From: an uncultured Chloroflexia bacterium
GTDB lineage: Bacteria > Chloroflexota > Anaerolineae > Anaerolineales > UBA11858
Assembly (NCBI GenBank): GCA_963824175.1
Contig: CAWGOD010000001.1
Location: 56,712 to 120,711 of the forward strand
DNA length: 64,000 nt
Direction of reading: 5' to 3'
The notes beneath the pieces were generated by a model. That model had not been told where the DNA came from and ran no database searches. It worked only from the letters and a program-made list of their open reading frames with translations. A program made the translations under genes and the position numbers. Shown piece by piece: positions 55,760 through 64,000 of this stretch. Every line of letters begins with the position of its first letter. Within the stretch, counting starts at the first letter, position 1.

Positions 55760-56069
55760 AAGAAACTCTCAATCAATTAAACGATTACTTAACTACATGA
55801 CTATTGAGAGTATAGGATTGAGGTAGGATTTGAATAAGTGCAATTAATCACAAGCCCTATCAACCTTATGAATAAGAGGTCATAGATGAAATTTATAGCG
55901 GTTTTTTTGATGAATTTTCCGCTGCCAAGTATGTCTTTACGGATGTTTTGGACAACTCTGTGTAATTAGTGTTTTTAAAGGCTTGAAGCAGTTCAAAATA
56001 AAATAAAGATTTCTGGTAATTTGGAATACACCTTGTTAGAATACAGGTAATCAGTCTTAGGAGAGGTTT

Positions 56070-56861
56070 ATGAATGAGGACTTTTTTCGCGGTAAGACAG
56101 CCCTGATCACTGGGTCTGGCAGGGGGATTGGAAAGGCGATTGCACTGCATTTTGCTTCTCTGGGCGCTGATATCGTTGTGAATTACTTCCGCAACCGGGA
56201 GCCGGCTGAAGAAACTGCCCATCAAATATCGAAGTTCGGAGTTAGGTCTGAGATTGTCAAAGCCAACGTGGGGGATATGGATGATCTGGAGAACCTGATT
56301 TCTGAAACAGGTCGGATTTTTGGCGGTCTGGATATTCTGATCAGTAATGCTGGATCGGGATATAACCGGCCTATTATGGAACAGCGTCCCAAAGGTTGGG
56401 ACTGGACTATGGATATCAATGCCAGGGCATACTTATTCCTGGCTCAAAAATCAGTTCCACTAATGGAAAAACGGGGTGGGGGCTGGATCGTCAGCATATC
56501 TTCTCCCGGATCCATTCGGGTCCTGCCGGAATACGCTGTTGTAGGCGCCAGTAAAGCTGCAATAGAAGCTCTAACCCGTTACATGGCAGTAGAATTTGCG
56601 TCAAGGAATATTTCAGTGAACGCAGTTTCTCCCGGGATTGTCAATACAGAGGCATTACAGCACTTTAATACCATGCAAGATGAAGACCTGTTAGAAGAGA
56701 TAGCTGAACAAACACCCGCGGGGCGAATTGTCATACCTGAAGATGTGGCAGCAGTCGTAGCGTTTTTGTGTTCTCCACAAGCGTCCATGATCCGGGGACA
56801 AACTATCCTGGTAGATGGTGGTTTTACTCTTCCGGCAAGTGGTTTGCAGCGGCCGTCCTGA
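56070..56861 (+). CDS. fabL: Enoyl-[acyl-carrier-protein] reductase, FabL type (SDR)
   Basis: ALITGSGRGIGKAIAL and WDWTMDINARAYLFLAQKSVPLMEKRGGGWIVSISSPGSIRVLPEYAVVGASKAAIEALTRYMAVEF closely resemble my recollection of B. subtilis FabL. Confidence 0.7.
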   Translation: MNEDFFRGKTALITGSGRGIGKAIALHFASLGADIVVNYFRNREPAEETAHQISKFGVRSEIVKANVGDMDDLENLISETGRIFGGLDILISNAGSGYNRPIMEQRPKGWDWTMDINARAYLFLAQKSVPLMEKRGGGWIVSISSPGSIRVLPEYAVVGASKAAIEALTRYMAVEFASRNISVNAVSPGIVNTEALQHFNTMQDEDLLEEIAEQTPAGRIVIPEDVAAVVAFLCSPQASMIRGQTILVDGGFTLPASGLQRPS

Positions 56862-57346
56862 ATGATTTTTATTCCCCACTAATCATAGAAAGCAGGAAAA
56901 CGGAAGCATCCCAACTCCAGAATTAAGCCATTATGTTATAAGTAAATCTTTTCGATTGAAAAGACAATCAAGTCCTTGATATATATTCGAATTATGTTAT
57001 ACTCCACTTCCAAGTGATAATTTTCCCATTATCACATTCCCAGAATAAAATTAAATGCCTTTTATCTCTAATTAATTAGATTATTTGTACCTTTGAATCG
57101 TATATAAAATAACCGGGTAAAACCCTATCAGATGAAAGGGAAATCCCGATCGTACGAGCAGCAGGTAGGTAGATCTTTTTCGAGTAGCCGTTTTTTCACA
57201 GCTGTCGAAGATCAGAATTGTCTATTATTTTGACTTGTACAGGATTTTTTTCTTCATTAAATTTGGAAGGAGGTGAATTGGAAATAAAAAAAATACCCGT
57301 AATATATATTAAGTAATTATGAAATTTTCCTAAGGAGGAAAACAGT

Positions 57347-58547
57347 ATGTCTAAGAGATATTATACTATTTAGTATCGTGATCGCCGCCAGTCTAATCCT
57401 GGCAGCTTGCGGTGGCGCAGCGAAAGCTCCTGATGTCTGTGCCGAAAACCCCGATGAATCTGTATGCGCCGTGATCGAAGAAGGCAGCACAATTAAAATT
57501 GGTTATGCCGGACCGATGGCTGGTGACTACTCAGCCTTTGGTACTGATATCTCCAATGCCGGTTTGCTGGCAATCGATGATGCTGGTGAATTCAACGGAT
57601 TTACCTTTGAGTTGCTGGTAGAGGATACTCAGGGAAGTGGTGAAGGTGGCGCCTCTGTTGCGAACCTTTACGTTTCTGATCCTGATGTGGTGGCAATTGC
57701 TGGCCACACTTTCTCTGGTTCCACAGCAGCTGCAATCCCCATCTACAATGAAGCCCGACTGCCGATGCTTTCCCCTTCCGCAACCCGTGCCGACCTGACA
57801 GAAGGTGACCAGGATGTCTTCAACCGCATCCCCTTCACCGATGACCTGCAGGGACAGTTCGCCGCAGAGTACCTCTACAATGTTCTCGGTGTGACCAAAC
57901 TGGCTGTCATGCACGATGGTGATGCATATGGAAAGGGTGTTGCTGAGAAGGTTCAGGAAGTGTTTATGAGTCTTGGCGGTGAAGTTGTTGCCGTTGAAGC
58001 TATCACTCCTGGTGAGACGGACTACAGTGCTGTTTTGACTGATATTGGCGCCTCTGATCCCGAAGCAATCTACTTTGGTGGATATTATCCTGAATGTGCA
58101 GTGATTGCCCAGGGTATGCCCGTTGCTGGTATGGAGGACATCATCCTCTTCAGTGATGACGGCAGTTATGGTGCAGCATTTATCGAATTGGCTGGTGCTC
58201 AGGCAGAAGGTGTTTACGCTGCCACAGGCGCACCGCTAGAAAGCGCTGCTAAAGCTGAGTTCGATGCCTATTTTGAGAGCGTCTATGGTGATCCTCCTGG
58301 CGCGATCTCAACCTTCACCTGGCACGGTTATGACATTGTTGATGCACTGATCCAGGCCATTAAATCTGTTGCCATCCTCGGCGATGACGGAAGTCTATAT
58401 ATTCCTCGAGAAGCTCTGGTTGATGCAGTTAATGGCTTGGCTGGTTATGAGGGTTTGACTGGTGTTCTGACCTGCAACGGCGGTGAGTGCAATGCTTCTG
58501 GCCCGTCCTTCCAGGTAGTACAAGATGGCGCCTGGGTTATTCCCTAG
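57347..58547 (+). CDS. Branched-chain amino-acid ABC transporter substrate-binding lipoprotein (LivJ/K-like); frame break near 57365
   Basis: The ATG at 57347 follows AAGGAGGAA. Lipobox LILAACGG and type-I periplasmic binding-fold pattern (IKIGYAGPMAGDYSAFG, GHTFSGS). Confidence 0.8.
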
Positions 58548-58582
58548 CCATTAAGTCTAGTAGTAAATCGCAGTAAAAATAT

Positions 58583-58611
58583 GCGAGGCAAGCTAGATCA
58601 GCTTGCCTCGC
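58583..58611 (+). terminator. Intra-operon hairpin after the binding-protein gene (no T-tract)
   Basis: GCGAGGCAAGC-TAGATCA-GCTTGCCTCGC, a perfect 11-bp stem. Confidence 0.4.
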
Positions 58612-58669
58612 TAAACTCTGTAATAATAAGTTTGTCTGATTTAGGATCTATGAAAAAGAAGGACATATT

Positions 58670-59765
58670 ATGAGTGATCCCAAACCGAAAAAAACAACCT
58701 CGCGAATAAATACCTTCAAGGTAACTCAAGTCATTATCTCAATTTTATTCCTGGCATTTCTTGGCTGGCGGTTGTATACAGTAATAGATTCAGGCGTTTA
58801 TGGACCAGATACCTGGGTGAGGTTTGCCCTGAGTGGATTGATCATCGGCAGCGTTTATGCTGTGATCGCCATCGGGTATACGCTGGTCTATGGAATCCTT
58901 TTTATGATCAATTTCGCTCATGGCGAAATCATGATGATTGGTGCGTTTTCAGGGTACTTTGTCTTTGAAGCCCTCAAATCCATCCCAGTAGCTGCTACTG
59001 GAATGAGCTTTTTGGATTCCTACCAGATCATCTCTGTTGTGCTGGCATTTATTGTTGGTATGTTTATGGCAGCTCTTTCTGGCTATTTTCTTGGAGAAGA
59101 TCGCATACCGACCCCTTCGTGGGGCACCCAGACTAATTCCGTTGATCAGCGCCATTGGTGCTTCAATCTTCCTGCAAAACGCTGCCCAGGTTATGTTCGG
59201 ACCAAAACGAAGAACGTATTATAATCCTATGTCATTGGCACGGAGTCAGGGTTGGCGCATCCCGATCGGTGGAGAGGAAGTAATTCTTACCTATACGGGT
59301 GCACTGACATTTGTGTTGTCTTTGCTGCTCCTGATCGGCCTCTATACCCTGGTGATGAGGACAAGATATGGTAGATCCATGAGGGCTGTAGCGGAAGATA
59401 AACAAACGGCTGCTTTGATGGGAATTAATGTGGATCAAATTATCAGCAATACGTTTATCATCAGCGGTGCTCTCGGTGGTGCAGCGGGTGTGATGTGGGG
59501 CATACATAATGGGATCATTTACCACTATGTTGGTTTTATTCCTGGATTAAAGGCTTTTACCGCTGCTGTGCTGGGAGGAATTGGGAACATTCCTGGTGCT
59601 ATGGTTGGAGGTCTATTACTGGGTATTGTTGAGTCTGTTGGACCAGCAGCTCTGGGATTGGATTTCCAGCTTAAGGATGTGATCGCCTTTTCCATCCTGG
59701 TCCTGATATTGATTTTCCGACCCTCAGGCATTGTAGGTGAAGTATTATCGGAGGAGAAAGTCTGA
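58670..59765 (+). CDS. livH: Branched-chain amino-acid ABC permease LivH; frame break near 59100
   Basis: LVYGILFMINFAHGEIMMIGAF and GFIPGLKAFTAAVLGGIGNIPGAMVGG. Confidence 0.85.
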
Positions 59766-61333
59766 TGAAGGATCTAATTAAACAAGGTTTGCGGTTAGGT
59801 TCAGTATTTGCGATAGTGATCATCATTCTTGATCTTATTTGGTCTGACATCAACCTTATCTGATATCTTAGGGGAATTTGTAAATCTCGAATCTAGAACC
59901 CGCACAGGGAATACTGGCGGCTTGATGATTTTATTTGCAATATTGAGCCTGTGGGCAGGATCCAAGGCAACAGCATCTGATAGGTCCAACTGGAAACCAG
60001 CCCTGGTTTCTGGCTTGTCGGTGAGTTTGATCATTGGCTCTACTCGTTTCCGGGTTTATCCTTCTGGTGGGTTTCTTGGACAGTTTAGATATTGCAATGA
60101 GAGATTACCTAGCCCAACTAGATCACCTGTCCATCCAATTTTTACTCTACGGAAGAGATCTCACTACAGGTATTTTATTTACTTTTGGCATATTCTTCTT
60201 ATTCGGAATCCTGGGAGCGTTATTGGCTTATTGGTATGAAGCTAAACAAGTCGGAGAATTCATCCAGAAGCAAGTTCTGGTATTAAAGGGAAGACACTGG
60301 ATTCCAAATTGGCAAAGCAATATAAAGAAAATCCCAGATCCAAATGGATCGGGTATGGCCTTTTAGGACTTGTGGTATTTATTACGCCCCAGTTCTTGGG
60401 GAAGTATTGGAATTATGCCATGGGAACTGTCGGTATTTATGTCCTGATGGGATTAGGGTTGAATATCGTGGTTGGTCTGGCTGGATTGCTTGACTTGGGT
60501 TATGTGGCATTTTTTGCTATTGGTGCCTACACAGCTGGTTTGTTAACAGCTCCAGCCCCGATTGCTCTTCAAATCGGATTTTGGCCAGTTCTGATCCTTA
60601 GCGTGGTATTTGCCGCTTTCGCAGGAATTCTTCTTGGTATACCTGTGCTTCGCATGAGAGGAGATTACCTGGCGATCGTAACTCTTGGATTTGGAGAGAT
60701 CATCCGGGTTTTGATCCGAAGTGACATGATGGCTCCCTACCTTGGAGGTCCTCAAGGAATCAGGGATATTGCAGGTCCAAGTCTTGTTTGGACTATCCTT
60801 GAACAGTGAAAAGTCTTATTTATATTTGATTATCCTTGGCATTCTGTTGACAATCCTTTTTACAAATTACCTTCAGAATTCTCGGGTTGGTCGAGCTTGG
60901 ATGGCAATGAGAGAAGATGAAACAGTTGCTCAGGCTATGGGTATCAATACCCTGTATTATAAATTGATGGCTTTTGCAACCGGTGCTGCGTTTGCCGGAT
61001 TGGGAGGAGCTTTATTCGCTGCCAGGAATCAGTATACGGGTCCTGCTGATCATATTTGATGGTTTCATCAATGTACTATGCTTGTTATCGTAGGAGGTAT
61101 GGGTAGTATACCTGGTGTGATTATTGGAGCTTTTGTACTTAAAGGGCTTGCCAGAGATTCTCAGGGAACTGGAACTATTACAGGTTACTGGTATTTGGTG
61201 GTTTGTTAGTGATCATGATGATCATACGTCCGGAGGGTATTTGGCCAGCGCCGAGGAGAAAGATGGAACTTCATGAAGATGAAGGGGGTGGAATTGCCAC
61301 CGGAAGATAGGTTTAGTAGGAGAAGAGGGTTAG
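59765..61333 (+). pseudogene. livM: Branched-chain amino-acid ABC permease LivM, heavily frame-broken (at least eight breaks); its 3' 520 bp is copy 1 of a tandem duplication
   Basis: Pieces 59765-, 59829-60239, 60034-60366, 60309-60809 and 60742-61059, plus further broken segments up to the stop at 61331-61333. LivM motifs present: GLLDLGYVAFFAIGAYTAG and GRAWMAMREDE. Confidence 0.7.
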
Positions 61334-61877
61334 ATATGAGTATCTTATATTTATATCTGATAATCGTTTAGCCATTCTGTTGATAATTCTTATTTACGAA
61401 TTATCTTCAGGATTCACGGTGTTGGTCGAGCCTGGATGGCAATGCGTGAGGACGAAACCGTTGCCCAGGCCATGGGTATCAACACCCTGTATTATAAATT
61501 GATGGCTTTTGCCACCGGTGCTGCTTTTGCCGGATTGGGAGGAGCTTTATTCGCTGCCAGGAATCAGTACACGGGTCCTGCAGATCATACCTTAATGGTG
61601 TCTATCAATGTTCTATCGCTGTTAATTGTAGGCGGCATGGGTAGTATACCTGGTGTGATCATAGGAGCTTTTGTCCTTAAAGGACTTCCTGAAATTCTAA
61701 GGGAGCTGGAACTATACAGACTATTGGTATTTGGCGGTTTGTTAGTATACATGATGATCATACGTCCGGAAGGTATCTGGCCTGCACCGAGGAGAATGAT
61801 GGAACTCCACGAAGATGAAGGGGGCGGAATTCCGCCGGAAGAAGGTTTAGTTGGAGAAGAGGGTTAGATATGAGTAT
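60814..61877 (+). repeat. Tandem duplication of about 530 bp (copy 1 60814-61343, copy 2 61344-61877), covering the livM 3' end, the stop codon and the first 8 nt of livG
   Basis: Both copies end ...GGAGAAGAGGGTTAGATATGAGTAT. The copies differ by many synonymous changes, and copy 1 carries extra indels. Confidence 0.85.
61344..61867 (+). CDS. livM: LivM C-terminal segment (duplication copy 2); reading frame intact from 61436
   Basis: The ORF at 61436-61867 reads MAMREDETVAQAMGINTLYYKLMAFATGAAFAGLGGALFAARNQYTGPADHTLMVSINVLSLLIVGGMGSIPGV... Confidence 0.7.
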
Positions 61878-63384
61878 TTTAGAAACCCGTGGAGTTACTA
61901 AAAGATTTGGGGGATTATCAGCTGTAGATAATGTCACCATTCAGGTTCCTGAGGGATCGATTTATGCCATTATTGGACCCAACGGTGCCGGAAAAACAAC
62001 CCTGTATAACTGCATCACTGGATTTTATCCCTCTGATGAAGGAGATATGTTATTCCAGGGAAAATCCCTGGTCGGTTTATCACCCGATCGCATTACTAAA
62101 AAAGGGATTTCCAGAACATACCAGAATATCCGTTTATTCCCGGCGATGACCGCTCTCGAGAACATTCTTGTTGGAGCACATCCCCGGCTAAAATCCAATT
62201 TGTTTGATGCGTTCCTTCATACTCCCAGACAAAGGGCTGAAGAAAAAGAGGCTCTTGAGAAAGCACAGGATCTACTGAATTTTGTGGGGTTAAAAGGGGA
62301 AGGCGATTTGTTGGCCCGGAATTTGCCCTATGGTGCACAGCGCCGATTAGAAATGGCCCGGGCACTGGCAAATGATCCAAAGATCATTCTGTTAGATGAG
62401 CCGACTGCGGGTATGAATCCCAATGAATCAGTGATTATGATGCGGTTTATTCAAAATCTAAGAGACGAACTTGGAATTACCATCCTACTTATCGAACATG
62501 ATATGAAAGTAGTTATGGGCATTAGCGAGTTCATTTATGTTTTGGACTTTGGTCAGTTAATTGCCAAGGGAACCCCGGGAGAGATTCAAAAGAATCCCCA
62601 GGTAATTGAATCCTATTTAGGCCGGGGAGCTGCGGATCAGCATAAACAGCTCTCAAAGAGAATTTATATTATGGCTATGCTTGAAGTAAAGAACATACAT
62701 ACTTATTATGGAAATATTCATGCCCTGAAAGGTGTCTCAATTACCGTTGAAGAAAAGGAAATTGTGACTCTGATCGGGGGGAATGGCGCCGGAAAAACCA
62801 CCACTTTGCGTTCTATCAGCGGATTGGTTCCACCCCGCGTGGGAGAGATCTTTTTTGAAGGTGAGAATATTACAAAAACTCCAGCTCATGAACTGGTATA
62901 TAAAGGAATTACGATGGTCCCGGAAGGGCGGGGGATATTTGCCAGGCTTTCAGTTTTTGAAAATCTGGACATGGGGGCTTATTCCCAACCGGATCGGTCT
63001 ACATTTGATGATGATCTGGACAGGGTGTATCAGTTATTCCCTCGTTTGAAAGAACGGGAAAAACAGGTCTCGGGAACATTGTCTGGTGGGGAACAGCAAA
63101 TGCTTGCCACAGCCCGGGCCTTAATGGCTAACCCCAGGCTGTTGTTAATGGACGAGCCGTCCATGGGTTTGGCACCTATTCTGGTAGAAAGTGTTTTTGA
63201 GACAATCCAGGCCATCAATAAGACCGGCACTACTATTTTATTGGTAGAACAGAATGCTACTGTGGCCCTGGCTGTCGCTGACCGTGGGTATGTTCTACAG
63301 ACAGGAGAAATTGTCCTTAAGGACACTGCCGAGAACCTGCGTAAGGATGAAATGGTCCAGAAGGCCTATCTCGGGATCGATTAA
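61870..63384 (+). CDS. Single 504-aa ORF encoding both ABC ATPases of the branched-chain amino-acid system (LivG-like then LivF-like)
   Basis: Two Walker A motifs (GPNGAGKTT, GGNGAGKTT) and two signature motifs (LPYGAQRRLEMA, LSGGEQQML). The halves are joined by ...SYLGRGAADQHKQLSKRIYIMAMLEVKN. Confidence 0.85.
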   Translation: MSILETRGVTKRFGGLSAVDNVTIQVPEGSIYAIIGPNGAGKTTLYNCITGFYPSDEGDMLFQGKSLVGLSPDRITKKGISRTYQNIRLFPAMTALENILVGAHPRLKSNLFDAFLHTPRQRAEEKEALEKAQDLLNFVGLKGEGDLLARNLPYGAQRRLEMARALANDPKIILLDEPTAGMNPNESVIMMRFIQNLRDELGITILLIEHDMKVVMGISEFIYVLDFGQLIAKGTPGEIQKNPQVIESYLGRGAADQHKQLSKRIYIMAMLEVKNIHTYYGNIHALKGVSITVEEKEIVTLIGGNGAGKTTTLRSISGLVPPRVGEIFFEGENITKTPAHELVYKGITMVPEGRGIFARLSVFENLDMGAYSQPDRSTFDDDLDRVYQLFPRLKEREKQVSGTLSGGEQQMLATARALMANPRLLLMDEPSMGLAPILVESVFETIQAINKTGTTILLVEQNATVALAVADRGYVLQTGEIVLKDTAENLRKDEMVQKAYLGID

Positions 63385-63408
63385 GACAGGAATATTTTTA
63401 CTTTACAG

Positions 63409-63443
63409 TCCTGTGGTGTTAAAATACACCACAGGATTTTTTT
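63409..63443 (+). terminator. Rho-independent terminator after the ATPase gene
   Basis: TCCTGTGGTGT-TAAAAT-ACACCACAGGA followed by TTTTTTT. Confidence 0.8.
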
Positions 63444-63461
63444 ATTTCTGGAGACTAAAAT

Positions 63462-64000
63462 ATGCCAAGTGCAGAAATCATAGCCATTGGAACTGAATTG
63501 TTGTTGGGGGAGATAGCCGATACCAATACCCAGGAGATCGCTCTTGCTTTGCGGAAGATTGGCGTAGACGTATACCGGACAGGCATGATTGGAGATAATC
63601 CTGATCGAATTGCCGGAATGCTCCTGGAAAGTGTACAGAGAGCAGATATTGTGATCCTGACCGGAGGACTCGGACCGACTGTTGACGATCCAACCCGCCA
63701 TGCTATTGCCCAGGCTTTTGATCTCGATTTGGAATTTCATACAGATTTATGGGATGAGATCGTTCGTCGATTCGAAAAATACGGCATTCAACCGCCAGAA
63801 AATAACAAGCAACAGGCGTATTTACCATCCGGGGCAGATAGCCTTCCAAATCCCAGAGGGACAGCTCCAGGCATTGGATTGGAGATCCAGGATACCCTGA
63901 TCTTTGCTATGCCAGGTGTGCCAAAAGAGATGGAAGGGATGGTCAAAGAACAAGTTGTACCCAGGATCACCAAACACTATGGCTTGACCGGTGTGATCCT
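63462..64000 (+). CDS. cinA: CinA-family competence/damage-inducible protein (MoCF-binding N-terminal domain); 3' end lies outside the window
   Basis: MPSAEIIAIGTELLLGEIADTNTQEIALALRKIGVDVY...VILTGGLGPTVDDPTR...FAMPGVPKEM. The frame is open to the window end. Confidence 0.8.
   Translation, partial: MPSAEIIAIGTELLLGEIADTNTQEIALALRKIGVDVYRTGMIGDNPDRIAGMLLESVQRADIVILTGGLGPTVDDPTRHAIAQAFDLDLEFHTDLWDEIVRRFEKYGIQPPENNKQQAYLPSGADSLPNPRGTAPGIGLEIQDTLIFAMPGVPKEMEGMVKEQVVPRITKHYGLTGVI

Overview
This 64-kb bacterial window is all protein-coding; I recognised no rRNA, tRNA or CRISPR. Taxon cannot be fixed without a search; the gene content would fit an Anaerolineae-like Chloroflexota, but that is only a guess.

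Layout:
- 1-6.1 kb: hydrolase fragment, AlkP-family phosphodiesterase and a sugar ABC transporter (two permeases plus a lipoprotein binding protein).
- 6.1-7.4 kb: an IS3-family element inserted into the loop of the binding-protein gene terminator.
- 7.6-16.6 kb: ExeM/NucH-type extracellular nuclease, YqeB and YqeC-MocA molybdenum-hydroxylase maturation genes, thpR, rsfS, an SDR, DUF503 and a lipoate ligase-like gene.
- 16.8-34.3 kb: a near-complete dcw cluster (mraZ, rsmH, ftsL-like, ftsI, murF, mraY, murD, ftsW, murG, murC, murB, ddl, ftsQ, ftsA, ftsZ), followed by nrdR.
- 35.1-55.8 kb: an all-minus-strand sulfur and electron-transfer island, the most interesting part. It has three modules. 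(a) ArsR, octaheme tetrathionate-reductase-family cytochrome, a cytochrome c with at least seven hemes, cytochrome b, YeeE, and a YeeE-rhodanese fusion. (b) Octaheme cytochrome c, Tat-type 4-cluster FeS protein and an NrfD membrane subunit. (c) An 11-gene operon: ArsR, TusA, MvhD-like, two HdrA/Qmo-like flavoproteins, a small wHTH protein, QmoC-like, DsrE, TusA/YeeD, YeeE, DsrE. No AprAB, Sat, DsrAB or HdrBC occurs anywhere in the window.
- 56-64 kb: fabL, a branched-chain amino-acid ABC transporter with a diverged 530-bp tandem duplication at the livM/livG junction, and a 3'-truncated cinA.

Caveat: very many genes, including essential dcw genes, are split by single frame breaks. The record is therefore probably indel-noisy, and I give merged gene coordinates. 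All calls rest on reading motifs by eye; no database search was run.
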